DNA of 64,000 nucleotides, taken from Eledone cirrhosa (taxonomy: Eukaryota). The position numbers and the translations under genes are program-made. This document shows positions 21,701 through 36,700 of this stretch, piece by piece. The notes under the pieces are model-generated. The model was given only the letters and a program-made list of their open reading frames with translations. It was not told the origin of the DNA and did not search any database. How positions within the stretch are numbered: the first letter of the stretch is position 1; each line of letters starts with the position of its first letter. The stretch lies in assembly GCA_964016885.1 (NCBI GenBank), contig OZ024764.1:18414001-18478000 (forward strand), given 5' to 3'.

Positions 21701-24700
21701 TCTCAACAAAAAGTACCCAGTCCACACTGTAAAGTGGTCATATAGGTGACACAACAAAAAGTACCCAGTCCACACTGTAAAGTGGTCATGTAGGTGTCAC
21801 AACAAACAGCACCCAGTCCACACTGTAAAGTGGTCATGTAGGTGTCTCAACAAAAAGTACCCTGTCCACACTGTAAAGTGGTCATGTAGGTGACACAACA
21901 AAAAGTACCCAGTCCACACTGTAAAGTGGTCATGTAGGTGTCACAACAAACAGCACCCAGTCCACACTGTAAAGTGGTCATGTAGGTGTCTCAACAAAAA
22001 GTACCCAGTCCACACTGTAAAGTGGTCATGTAGGTGACACAACAAAAAGTACCCAGTCCACACTGTAAAGTGGTCATGTAGGTGTCACAACAAAAAGTAC
22101 CCAGTCCACACTGTAAAGTGGTCATGTAGGTGTCTCAACAAAAAGTACCCAGTCCACACTGTAAAGTGGTCATGTAGGTGTCTCAACAAAAAGTACTCAG
22201 TCCACACTGTAAAGTGGTCATGTAGGTGACACAACAAAAAGTACCCAGTGCACACTGTAAAGTGGTCATGTAGGTGTCTCAACAAAAAGTACCCAGTCCA
22301 CACTGTAAAGTGGTCATGTAGGTGACACAACAAAAAGTACCCAGTCCAAACTGTAAAGTGGTCATGTAGGTGTCACAACAAACAGCACCCAGTCCACACT
22401 GTAAAGTGGTCATGTAGGTGACTCAACAAAAAATACCCAGTCCACACTGTAAAGTGGTCATGTAGGTGACACAACAAAAAGTACCCAGTCCACACTGTAA
22501 AATGGTCATGTAGGTGTCACAACAAAAAGTACCCAGTCCACACTGTAAAGTGGTCATGTAGGTGTCACAACAAACAGCACCCAGTCCACACTGTAAAGTG
22601 GTCATGTAGGTGTCTCAACAAAAAGTAGCCAGTCCACACTGTAAAGTGGTCATGTAGGTGTCTCAACAAAAAGTACCCAGTCCACACTGTAAAGTGGTCA
22701 TGTAGGTGTCACAACAAAAAGTACCCAGTCCACACTGTAAAGTGGTCATGTAGGTGTCACAACAAACAACACCCAGTCCACACTGTATAGTGGTCATGTA
22801 GATGTCACAACAAAAAGTACCCAGTCTACACTGTAAAGTGGTCATGTAGGTGTCACAACAAAAAGTACCCAGTACACACTGTATAGTGGTCATGTAGGTG
22901 TCACAACAAAAAGTACCCAGTCCACACTGTAAAGTGGTCATGTAGGTGTCACAACAAAAAGTACCCAGTCCACACTGTAAAGTGGCCATGTAGGTGTCTC
23001 AACAAAAAGTACCCAGTCCACACTGTAAAGTGGTCATGTAGATGTCACAACAAAAAGTACCCAGTCCACACTGTAAAGTGGTCATGTAGGTGTCACAACA
23101 AAAGGTACGCAGTCCACACTGTAAAGTGGTCATATAGGTGTCACAACAAAAAGTACCCAGTCCACACTGTAAAGTGGTCATGTAGGTGTCACAACAAAAA
23201 GGACCCAGTCCACACTGTAAAGTGGTCATGTAGGTGTCATGACAAAAAGTACCCAGTCCACACTGTAAAGTGGTCATGTAGGTGTCACAACAAACAGCAC
23301 CCAGTCCACACTGTAAAGTGGTCATGTAGGTGTCACAACAAACAGCACCCAGTCCACACTGTAAAGTGGTCATGTAGGTGTCACAACAAAAAGTACCCAG
23401 TCCACACTGTAAAGTGGTCATGTAGGTGTCTCAACAAAAAGTACCCAGTCCACACTGTAAAGTGGTCATGTAGGTGTCTCAACAAAAAGTACTCAGTCCA
23501 CACTGTAAAGTGGTCATGTAGGTGACACAACAAAAAGTACCCAGTGCACACTGTAAAGTGGTCATGTAGGTGTCTCAACAAAAAGTACCCAGTCCACACT
23601 GTAAAGTGGTCATGTAGGTGACACAACAAAAAGTACCCAGTCCAAACTGTAAAGTGGTCATGTAGGTGTCACAACAAACAGCACCCAGTCCACACTGTAA
23701 AGTGGTCATGTAGGTGACTCAACAAAAAATACCCAGTCCACACTGTAAAGTGGTCATGTAGGTGACACAACAAAAAGTACCCAGTCCACACTGTAAAATG
23801 GTCATGTAGGTGTCACAACAAAAAGTACCCAGTCCACACTGTAAAGTGGTCATGTAGGTGTCACAACAAACAGCACCCAGTCCACACTGTAAAGTGGTCA
23901 TGTAGGTGTCTCAACAAAAAGTAGCCAGTCCACACTGTAAAGTGGTCATGTAGGTGTCTCAACAAAAAGTACCCAGTCCACACTGTAAAGTGGTCATGTA
24001 GGTGTCACAACAAAAAGTACCCAGTCCACACTGTAAAGTGGTCATGTAGGTGTCACAACAAACAACACCCAGTCCACACTGTATAGTGGTCATGTAGATG
24101 TCACAACAAAAAGTACCCAGTCTACACTGTAAAGTGGTCATGTAGGTGTCACAACAAAAAGTACCCAGTACACACTGTATAGTGGTCATGTAGGTGTCAC
24201 AACAAAAAGTACCCAGTCCACACTGTAAAGTGGTCATGTAGGTGTCACAACAAAAAGTACCCAGTCCACACTGTAAAGTGGCCATGTAGGTGTCTCAACA
24301 AAAAGTACCCAGTCCACACTGTAAAGTGGTCATGTAGATGTCACAACAAAAAGTACCCAGTCCACACTGTAAAGTGGTCATGTAGGTGTCACAACAAAAA
24401 GTACGCAGTCCACACTGTAAAGTGGTCATATAGGTGTCACAACAAAAAGTACCCAGTCCACACTGTAAAGTGGTCATGTAGGTGTCACAACAAAAAGGAC
24501 CCAGTCCACACTGTAAAGTGGTCATGTAGGTGTCATGACAAAAAGTACCCAGTCCACACTGTAAAGTGGTCATGTAGGTGTCACAACAAACAGCACCCAG
24601 TCCACACTGTAAAGTGGTCATGTAGGTGTCACAACAAACAGCACCCAGTCCACACTGTAAAGTGGTCATGTAGGTGTCACAACAAAAAGTGCCCAGTCCA

Positions 24701-27700
24701 CACTGTAAAGTGGTCATGTAGGTGTCTCAACAAAAAGTACCCAGTCTACACTGTAAAGTGGTCATGTAGGTGTCACAACAAAAAGTACTCAGTCCACACT
24801 GTGAAGTGGTCATGTAGGTGTCACAACAAAAAGTACCCAGTACTCATTGTAAAGTGGTCATGTAGGTGTCACAACAAAAAGTACCCAGTCCACACTGTAA
24901 AGTGGTCATGTAGGTGACACAACAAAAAGCACCGAGTACACACTGTAAAGTGTCATGTAGGTGTCACAACAAAAAGCTCCCAGTAAACACTGTAAAGTGG
25001 TCATGTAGGTGACACAACAAAAATCACCCAGTACACACTGTAAAGTGGTCATGTAGGTGTCACAACAAAAAGTACCCAGTCCACACTGTAAAGAGGTCTG
25101 TAGGTGTCACAACAAAAAGTACCCAGTACACACTGTAAAGTGGTCATGTAGGTGTCACAACAAAAAGTACCCAGTCCACACTGTAAAGTGGTCTGTAGGT
25201 GTCACAACAAAAAGCACCCAGTCCACACTGTAAAGAGGTCATGTAGGTGTCACAACAAAAAGTACCCAGTCCACACTGTAAAGTGGTCATGTAGGTGTCT
25301 CAATAAAAAGTACCCAGTCCACACTGTAAAGTGGTCATGTAGGTGACACAACAAAAAGTACCCAGTCCACACTGTAAAGTGGTCATGTAGGTGTCACAAC
25401 AAACAGCACCCAGTCCACACTGTAAAGTGGTCATGTAGGTGTCTCAACAAAAAGTACCCAGTCCACACTGTAAAGTGGTCATGTAGGTGACACAACAAAA
25501 AGTACCCAGTCCACACTGTAAAGTGGTCATGAAGGTGTCACAACAAAAAGTACCCAGTCCACACTGTAAAGTGGTCATGTAGGTGTCTCAACAAAAAGTA
25601 CCCAGTCCACACTGTAAAGTGGTCATGTAGGTGTCTCAACAAAATGTACTCAGTCCACACTGTAAAGTGGTCATGTAGGTGACACAACAAAAAGAACCCA
25701 GTCCACACTGTAAAGTGGTCATGTAGGTGTCACAACAAACAGCACCTAGTCCACACTGTAAAGTGGTCATGTAGGTGTCTCAACAAAAAGTACCCAGTCC
25801 ACACTGTAAAGTGGTCATGTAGGTGACACAACAAAAAGTACCCAGTCCACACTGTAAAGTGGTCATGTAGGTGTCACAACAAACAGCACCCAGTCCACAC
25901 TGTAAAGTGGTCATGTAGGTGTCTCAACAAAAAGTACCCAGTCCACACTGTAAAGTGGTCATGTAAGTGTCTCAACAAAAAGTACCCAGTCCACACTGTA
26001 AAGTGTTCATGTAGGTGTCACAACAAAAAGTACCCAGTCCACACTTTAAAGTCGTCATGTAGGTGTCACAACAAACAACACCCAGTCCACACTGTATAGT
26101 GGTTATGTAGGTGTCACAACAAAAAGTACCCAGTCTACACTGTAAAGTGGTCATGTAGGTGTCACAACAAAAAGTACCCAGTACACACTGTATAGTGGTC
26201 ATGTAGGTGTCACAACAAAAAGTACCCAGTCCACACTGTAAAGTGGTCATGTAGGTGTCACAACAAAAAGTACCCAGTCCACACTGTAAAGTGGTCATGT
26301 AGGTCTCAAAACAAAAAGTACCCAGTCCACACTGTAAAGTGGTCATGTAGGTGTCACAACAAAAAGTACCCAGTCCACACTGTAAAGTGGTCATGTAGGT
26401 GTCTCAACAAAAAGTACCCAGTCCACACTGTAAAGTGGTCATGTAGGTGTCACAACAAAAAGTACCCAGTCCACACTGTAAAGTGGTCATGTAGGTGTCA
26501 CAACAAACAGCACCCAGTCCACACTGTAAAGTGTTCATGTAGGTGTCTCAACAAAAAGTACCCAGTCCACACTGTAAAGTGGTCATGTAGGTGACACAAC
26601 AAAAAGTACCCAGTCCACACTGTAAAGTGGTCATGTAGGTGTCACAACAAACAGCACCCAGTCCACACTGTAAAGTGGTCATGTAGGTGTCTCAACAAAA
26701 AGTACCCAGTCCACACTGTAAAGTGGTCATGTAGGTGACACAACAAAAAGTACCCAGTCCACACTGTAAAGTGGTCATGTAGGTGTCACAACAAAAAGTA
26801 CCCAGTCCACACTGTAAAGTGGTCATGTAGGTGTCTCAACAAAAAGTACTCAGTCCACACTGTAAAGTGGTCATGTAGGTGACACAACAAAAAGTACACA
26901 GTCCACACTGTAAAGTGGTCATGTAGGTGTCACAACAAACAGCACCTAGTCCACACTGTAAAGTGGTCATGTAGGTTTCTCAACAAAAAGTACCCAGTCC
27001 ACACTGTAAAGTGGTCATGTAGGTGTCACAACAAAAAGTACCCAGTCCACACTGTAAAGTGGTCATGTAGGTGTCACAACAAACAGCACCCAGTCCACAC
27101 TGTAAAGTAGTCATGTAGGTGTCTCAACAAAAAGTAGCCAGTCCACACTGTAAAGTGGTCATGTAGGTGTCACAACAAAAAGTACCCAGTCCACACTGTA
27201 AAGTGCTCATGTAGGTGTCACAACAAACAACACCCAGTCCACACTGTATAGTGGTCATGTAGGTGTCACAACAAAAAGTACCCAGTCTACACTGTAAAGT
27301 GGTCATGTAGGTGTCACAACAAAAAGTACCCAGTACACACTGTATAGTGGTCATGTACGTGTCACAACAAAAAGTACCCAGTCCACACTGTAAAGTGGTC
27401 ATGTAGGTGTCACAACAAAAAGTACCCAGTCCACACTGTAAAGTGGTCATGTAGGTGTCTCAACAAAAAGTACCCAGTCCACACTGTAAAGTGGTCATGT
27501 AGGTGTCACAACAAAAAGTACCCAGTCCACACTGTAAAGTGGTCATGTAGGTGTCACAACAAAAAGTACGCAGTCAACACTGTAAAGTGGTCAAATAGGT
27601 GTCACAACAAAAAGTACCCAGTCCACACTGTAAAGTGGTCATGTAGGTGTCACAACAAAAAGGACCCAGTCCACACTGTAAAGTGGTCATGTAGGTGTCA

Positions 27701-30700
27701 TGACAAAAAGTACCCAGTCCACACTGTAAAGTGGTCATGTAGGTGTCACAACAAACAGCACCCAGTCCACACTGTAAAGTGGTCATGTAGGTGTCACAAC
27801 AAACAGCACACAGTCCACACTGTAAAGTGGTCATGTAGGTGTCACAACAAACAACACCCATTCCACACTGTAAAGTGGTCATGTAGGTGTCACGACAAAA
27901 AGTGCCCAGTCCACACTGTAAAGTGGTCATGTAGGTGTCTCAACAAAAAGTACCCAGTCTACACTGTAAAGTGGTCATGTAGGTGTCACAACAAAAAGTA
28001 CTGTCCACACTGTAAAGTGGTCATGTAGGTGCCACAACAAAAGTACCCAGTACTCATTGTAAAGTGGTCATGTAGGTGTCACAACAAAAAGTACCCAGTC
28101 CACACTGTAAAGTGGTCATGTAGGTGTCACAACAAAAAGTACCCAGTCCACACTGTTAAGTGGTCATGTAGGTGTCACAACAAAAAGTACCCAGTCCACA
28201 CTGTAAAGTGGTCATGTAGGTGACACAACAAAAAGAACCGAGTACACACTGTAAAGTGTCATGTAGGTGTCACAACAAAAAGCTCCCAGTACACACTGTA
28301 AAGTGGTCATGTAGGTGACACAACAAAAAGCACCCAGTACACACTGTAAAGTGGTCATGTAGGTGTCACAACAAAAAGTACCCAGTCCACACTGTAAAGA
28401 GGTCTGTAGGTGTCACAACAAAAAGTACCCAGTACACACTGTAAAGTGGTCATGTAGGTGTCACAACAAAAAGTACCCAGTCCACACTGTAAAGTGGTCA
28501 TGTAGGTGTCACAACAAAAAGTACCCAGTCCACACTGTAAAGTGGTCTGTAGGTGTCACAACAAAAAGCACCCAGTCCACACTGTAAAGAGGTCATGTAG
28601 GTGTCACAACAAAAAGTACCCAGTCCACACTGTAAAGTGGTCATGTAGGTGTCTCAATAAAAAGTACCCAGTCCACACTGTAAAGTGGTCATGTAGGTGA
28701 CACAACAAAAAGTACCCAGTCCACACTGTAAAGTGGTCATGTAGGTGTCTCAACAAAAAGTACCCAGTCCACACTGTAAAGTGGTCATATAGGTGACACA
28801 ACAAAAAGTACCCAGTCCACACTGTAAAGTGGTCATGTAGGTGTCACAACAAACAGCACCCAGTCCACACTGTAAAGTGGTCATGTAGGTGTCTTAACAA
28901 AAAGTACCCTGTCCACACTGTAAAGTGGTCATGTAGGTGACACAACAAAAAGTACCCAGTTCACATTGTAAAGTGGTCATGTAGGTGTCACAACAAACAG
29001 CACCCAGTCCACACTGTAAAGTGGTCATGTAGGTGTCTCAACAAAAAGTACCCAGTCCACACTGTAAAGTGGTCATGTAGGTGACACAACAAAAAGTACC
29101 CAGTCCACACTGTAAAGTGGTCATGTAGGTGTCACAACAAAAAGTACCCAGTCCACACTGTAAAGTGGTCATGTAGGTGTCTCAACAAAAAGTACCCAGT
29201 CCACACTGTAAAGTGGTCATGTAGGTGTCTCAACAAAAAGTACTCAGTCCACACTGTAAAGTGGTCATGTAGGTGACACAACAAAAAGTACCCAGTCCAC
29301 ACTGTAAAGTGGTCATGTAGGTGTCTCAACAAAAAGTACCCAGTCCACACTGTAAAGGGGTCATGTAGGTGACACAACAAAAAGTACCCAGTCCACACTG
29401 TAAAGTGGTCATGTAGGTGTCACAACAAACAGCACCCAGTCCACACTGTAAAGTGGTCATGTAGGTGTCTCAACAAAAAGTACCCAGTCCACACTGTAAA
29501 GTGGTCATGTAGGTGACACAACAAAAAGTACCCAGTCCACACTGTAAAGTGGTCATGTAGGTGTCTCAACAAAAAGTACCCAGTCCACACTGTAAAGTGG
29601 TCATGTAGGTGTCACAACAAAAAGTACCCAGTCCACACTGTAAAGTGGTCATGTAGGTGTCACAACAAACAACACCCAGTCCACACTGTATAGTGGTCAT
29701 GTAGATGTCACAACAAAAAGTACCCAGTCTACACTGTAAAGTGGTCATGTAGGTGTCACAACAAAAAGTACCCAGTACACACTGTATAGTGGTCATGTAG
29801 GTGTCACAACAAAAAGTACCCAGTCCACACTGTAAAGTGGTCATGTAGGTGTCACAACAAAAAGTACCCAGTCCACACTGTAAAGTGGTCATGTAGATGT
29901 CACAACAAAAAGTACCCAGTCCACACTGTAAAGTGGTCATGTAGGTGTCACAACAAAAAGTACGCAGTCCACACTGTAAAGTGGTCATATAGGTGTCACA
30001 ACAAAAAGTACCCAGTCCACACTGTAAAGTGGTCATGTAGGTGTCACAACAAAAAGGACCCAGTCCACACTGTAAAGTGGTCATGTAGGTGTCATGACAA
30101 AAAGTACCCAGTCCACACTGTAAAGTGGTCATGTAGGTGTCACAACAAACAGCACCCAGTCCACACTGTAAAGTGGTCATGTAGGTGTCACAACAAACAG
30201 CACCCAGTCCACACTGTAGAGTGGTCATGTAGGTGTCACAACAAAAAGTACTCAGTCCACACTGTGAAGTGGTCATGTAGGTGTCACAACAAAAAGTACC
30301 CAGTCCACACTGTAAAGTGGTCATGTAGGTGTCACAACAAAAAGTACCCAGTCCACACTGTAAAGTGGTCATGTAGGTGTCTCAACAAAAAGTACCCAGT
30401 CCACACTGTAAAGTGGTCATGTAGATGTCACAACAAAAAGTACCCAGTCCACACTGTAAAGTGGTCATGTAGGTGTCACAACAAAAAGTACGCAGTCCAC
30501 ACTGTAAAGTGGTCATATAGGTGTCACAACAAAAAGTACCCAGTCCACACTGTAAAGTGGTCATGTAGGTGTCACAACAAAAAGGACCCAGTCCACACTG
30601 TAAAGTGGTCATGTAGGTGTCATGACAAAAAGTACCCAGTCCACACTGTAAAGTGGTCATGTAGGTGTCACAACAAACAGCACCCAGTCCACACTGTAAA

Positions 30701-33700
30701 GTGGTCATGTAGGTGTCACAACAAACAGCACCCAGTCCACACTGTAAAGTGGTCATGTAGGTGTCACAACAAAAAGTGCCCAGTCCACACTGTAAAGTGG
30801 TCATGTAGGTGTCTCAACAAAAAGTACCCAGTCTACACTGTAAAGTGGTCATGTAGGTGTCACAACAAAAAGTACTCAGTCCACACTGTGAAGTGGTCAT
30901 GTAGGTGTCACAACAAAAAGTACCCAGTTCACACTGTAAAGTGGTCATGTAGGTGTCTCAACAAAAAGTACCCAGTCCACACTGTAAAGTGGTCATGTAG
31001 GTGTCACAACAAAAAGTACCCAGTCCACACTGTAAAGTGGTCATGTAGGTGTCTCAACAAAAAGTACCCAGTCCACACTGTAAAGTGGTCATATAGGTGA
31101 CACAACAAAAAGTACCCAGTCCACACTGTAAAGTGGTCATGTAGGTGTCACAACAAACAGCACCCAGTCCACACTGTAAAGTGGTCATGTAGGTGTCTCA
31201 ACAAAAAGTACCCTGTCCACACTGTAAAGTGGTCATGTAGGTGACACAACAAAAAGTACCCAGTCCACACTGTAAAGTGGTCATGTAGGTGTCACAACAA
31301 ACAGCACCCAGTCCACACTGTAAAGTGGTCATGTAGGTGTCTCAACAAAAAGTACCCAGTCCACACTGTAAAGTGGTCATGTAGGTGACACAACAAAAAG
31401 TACCCAGTCCACACTGTAAAGTGGTCATGTAGGTGTCACAACAAAAAGTACCCAGTCCACACTGTAAAGTGGTCATGTAGGTGTCTCAACAAAAAGTACC
31501 CAGTCCACACTGTAAAGTGGTCATGTAGGTGTCTCAACAAAAAGTACTCAGTCCACACTGTAAAGTGGTCATGTAGGTGACACAACAAAAAGTACCCAGT
31601 GCACACTGTAAAGTGGTCATGTAGGTGTCTCAACAAAAAGTACCCAGTCCACACTGTAAAGTGGTCATGTAGGTGACACAACAAAAAGTACCCAGTCCAA
31701 ACTGTAAAGTGGTCATGTAGGTGTCACAACAAACAGCACCCAGTCCACACTGTAAAGTGGTCATGTAGGTGACTCAACAAAAAATACCCAGTCCACACTG
31801 TAAAGTGGTCATGTAGGTGACACAACAAAAAGTACCCAGTCCACACTGTAAAATGGTCATGTAGGTGTCACAACAAAAAGTACCCAGTCCACACTGTAAA
31901 GTGGTCATGTAGGTGTCACAACAAACAGCACCCAGTCCACACTGTAAAGTGGTCATGTAGGTGTCTCAACAAAAAGTAGCCAGTCCACACTGTAAAGTGG
32001 TCATGTAGGTGTCTCAACAAAAAGTACCCAGCCCACACTGTAAAGTGGTCATGTAGGTGTCACAACAAAAAGTACCCAGTCCACACTGTAAAGTGGTCAT
32101 GTAGGTGTCACAACAAACAACACCCAGTCCACACTGTATAGTGGTCATGTAGATGTCACAACAAAAAGTACCCAGTCTACACTGTAAAGTGGTCATGTAG
32201 GTGTCACAACAAAAAGTACCCAGTACACACTGTATAGTGGTCATGTAGGTGTCACAACAAAAAGTACCCAGTCCACACTGTAAAGTGGTCATGTAGGTGT
32301 CACAACAAAAAGTACCCAGTCCACACTGTAAAGTGGCCATGTAGGTGTCTCAACAAAAAGTACCCAGTCCACACTGTAAAGTGGTCATGTAGATGTCACA
32401 ACAAAAAGTACCCAGTCCACACTGTAAAGTGGTCATGTAGGTGTCACAACAAAAAGTACGCAGTCCACACTGTAAAGTGGTCATATAGGTGTCACAACAA
32501 AAAGTACCCAGTCCACACTGTAAAGTGGTCATGTAGGTGTCACAACAAAAAGGACCCAGTCCACACTGTAAAGTGGTCATGTAGGTGTCATGACAAAAAG
32601 TACCCAGTCCACACTGTAAAGTGGTCATGTAGGTGTCACAACAAACAGCACCCAGTCCACACTGTAAAGTGGTCATGTAGGTGTCACAACAAACAGCACC
32701 CAGTCCACACTGTAAAGTGGTCATGTAGGTGTCACAACAAAAAGTGCCCAGTCCACACTGTAAAGTGGTCATGTAGGTGTCTCAACAAAAAGTACCCAGT
32801 CTACACTGTAAAGTGGTCATGTAGGTGTCACAACAAAAAGTACTCAGTCCACACTGTGAAGTGGTCATGTAGGTGTCACAACAAAAAGTACCCAGTACTC
32901 ATTGTAAAGTGGTCATGTAGGTGTCACAACAAAAAGTACCCAGTCCACACTGTAAAGTGGTCATGTAGGTGACACAACAAAAAGCACCGAGTACACACTG
33001 TAAAGTGTCATGTAGGTGTCACAACAAAAAGCTCCCAGTAAACACTGTAAAGTGGTCATGTAGGTGACACAACAAAAATCACCCAGTACACACTGTAAAG
33101 TGGTCATGTAGGTGTCACAACAAAAAGTACCCAGTCCACACTGTAAAGAGGTCTGTAGGTGTCACAACAAAAAGTACCCAGTACACACTGTAAAGTGGTC
33201 ATGTAGGTGTCACAACAAAAAGTACCCAGTCCACACTGTAAAGTGGTCTGTAGGTGTCACAACAAAAAGCACCCAGTCCACACTGTAAAGAGGTCATGTA
33301 GGTGTCACAACAAAAAGTACCCAGTCCACACTGTAAAGTGGTCATGTAGGTGACACAACAAAAAGTACCCAGTCCACACTGTAAAGTGGTCATGTAGGTG
33401 TCACAACAAACAGCACCCAGTCCACACTGTAAAGTGGTCATGTAGGTGTCTCAACAAAAAGTACCCAGTCCACACTGTAAAGTGGTCATGTAGGTGACAC
33501 AACAAAAAGTACCCAGTCCACACTGTAAAGTGGTCATGAAGGTGTCACAACAAAAAGTACCCAGTCCACACTGTAAAGTGGTCATGTAGGTGTCTCAACA
33601 AAAAGTACCCAGTCCACACTGTAAAGTGGTCATGTAGGTGTCTCAACAAAATGTACTCAGTCCACACTGTAAAGTGGTCATGTAGGTGACACAACAAAAA

Positions 33701-36700
33701 GAACCCAGTCCACACTGTAAAGTGGTCATGTAGGTGTCACAACAAACAGCACCTAGTCCACACTGTAAAGTGGTCATGTAGGTGTCTCAACAAAAAGTAC
33801 CCAGTCCACACTGTAAAGTGGTCATGTAGGTGACACAACAAAAAGTACCCAGTCCACACTGTAAAGTGGTCATGTAGGTGTCACAACAAACAGCACCCAG
33901 TCCACACTGTAAAGTGGTCATGTAGGTGTCTCAACAAAAAGTACCCAGTCCACACTGTAAAGTGGTCATGTAAGTGTCTCAACAAAAAGTACCCAGTCCA
34001 CACTGTAAAGTGTTCATGTAGGTGTCACAACAAAAAGTACCCAGTCCACACTTTAAAGTCGTCATGTAGGTGTCACAACAAACAACACCCAGTCCACACT
34101 GTATAGTGGTTATGTAGGTGTCACAACAAAAAGTACCCAGTCTACACTGTAAAGTGGTCATGTAGGTGTCACAACAAAAAGTACCCAGTACACACTGTAT
34201 AGTGGTCATGTAGGTGTCACAACAAAAAGTACCCAGTCCACACTGTAAAGTGGTCATGTAGGTGTCACAACAAAAAGTACCCAGTCCACACTGTAAAGTG
34301 GTCATGTAGGTCTCAAAACAAAAAGTACCCAGTCCACACTGTAAAGTGGTCATGTAGGTGTCACAACAAAAAGTACCCAGTCCACACTGTAAAGTGGTCA
34401 TGTAGGTGTCTCAACAAAAAGTACCCAGTCCACACTGTAAAGTGGTCATGTAGGTGTCACAACAAAAAGTACCCAGTCCACACTGTAAAGTGGTCATGTA
34501 GGTGTCACAACAAACAGCACCCAGTCCACACTGTAAAGTGTTCATGTAGGTGTCTCAACAAAAAGTACCCAGTCCACACTGTAAAGTGGTCATGTAGGTG
34601 ACACAACAAAAAGTACCCAGTCCACACTGTAAAGTGGTCATGTAGGTGTCACAACAAACAGCACCCAGTCCACACTGTAAAGTGGTCATGTAGGTGTCTC
34701 AACAAAAAGTACCCAGTCCACACTGTAAAGTGGTCATGTAGGTGACACAACAAAAAGTACCCAGTCCACACTGTAAAGTGGTCATGTAGGTGTCACAACA
34801 AAAAGTACCCAGTCCACACTGTAAAGTGGTCATGTAGGTGTCTCAACAAAAAGTACTCAGTCCACACTGTAAAGTGGTCATGTAGGTGACACAACAAAAA
34901 GTACACAGTCCACACTGTAAAGTGGTCATGTAGGTGTCACAACAAACAGCACCTAGTCCACACTGTAAAGTGGTCATGTAGGTTTCTCAACAAAAAGTAC
35001 CCAGTCCACACTGTAAAGTGGTCATGTAGGTGTCACAACAAAAAGTACCCAGTCCACACTGTAAAGTGGTCATGTAGGTGTCACAACAAACAGCACCCAG
35101 TCCACACTGTAAAGTAGTCATGTAGGTGTCTCAACAAAAAGTAGCCAGTCCACACTGTAAAGTGGTCATGTAGGTGTCACAACAAAAAGTACCCAGTCCA
35201 CACTGTAAAGTGCTCATGTAGGTGTCACAACAAACAACACCCAGTCCACACTGTATAGTGGTCATGTAGGTGTCACAACAAAAAGTACCCAGTCTACACT
35301 GTAAAGTGGTCATGTAGGTGTCACAACAAAAAGTACCCAGTACACACTGTATAGTGGTCATGTACGTGTCACAACAAAAAGTACCCAGTCCACACTGTAA
35401 AGTGGTCATGTAGGTGTCACAACAAAAAGTACCCAGTCCACACTGTAAAGTGGTCATGTAGGTGTCTCAACAAAAAGTACCCAGTCCACACTGTAAAGTG
35501 GTCATGTAGGTGTCACAACAAAAAGTACCCAGTCCACACTGTAAAGTGGTCATGTAGGTGTCACAACAAAAAGTACGCAGTCAACACTGTAAAGTGGTCA
35601 AATAGGTGTCACAACAAAAAGTACCCAGTCCACACTGTAAAGTGGTCATGTAGGTGTCACAACAAAAAGGACCCAGTCCACACTGTAAAGTGGTCATGTA
35701 GGTGTCATGACAAAAAGTACCCAGTCCACACTGTAAAGTGGTCATGTAGGTGTCACAACAAACAGCACCCAGTCCACACTGTAAAGTGGTCATGTAGGTG
35801 TCACAACAAACAGCACCCAGTCCACACTGTAAAGTGGTCATGTAGGTGTCACAACAAACAACACCCATTCCACACTGTAAAGTGGTCATGTAGGTGTCAC
35901 GACAAAAAGTGCCCAGTCCACACTGTAAAGTGGTCATGTAGGTGTCTCAACAAAAAGTACCCAGTCTACACTGTAAAGTGGTCATGTAGGTGTCACAACA
36001 AAAAGTACTCAGTCCACACTGTAAAGTGGTCATGTAGGTGCCACAACAAAAGTACCCAGTACTCATTGTAAAGTGGTCATGTAGGTGTCACAACAAAAAG
36101 TACCCAGTCCACACTGTAAAGTGGTCATGTAGGTGTCACAACAAAAAGTACCCAGTCCACACTGTTAAGTGGTCATGTAGGTGTCACAACAAAAAGTACC
36201 CAGTCCACACTGTAAAGTGGTCATGTAGGTGACACAACAAAAAGAACCGAGTACACACTGTAAAGTGTCATGTAGGTGTCACAACAAAAAGCTCCCAGTA
36301 CACACTGTAAAGTGGTCATGTAGGTGACACAACAAAAAGCACCCAGTACACACTGTAAAGTGGTCATGTAGGTGTCACAACAAAAAGTACCCAGTCCACA
36401 CTGTAAAGAGGTCTGTAGGTGTCACAACAAAAAGTACCCAGTACACACTGTAAAGTGGTCATGTAGGTGTCACAACAAAAAGTACCCAGTCCACACTGTA
36501 AAGTGGTCATGTAGGTGTCACAACAAAAAGTACCCAGTCCACACTGTAAAGTGGTCTGTAGGTGTCACAACAAAAAGCACCCAGTCCACACTGTAAAGAG
36601 GTCATGTAGGTGTCACAACAAAAAGTACCCAGTCCACACTGTAAAGTGGTCATGTAGGTGTCTCAATAAAAAGTACCCAGTCCACACTGTAAAGTGGTCA

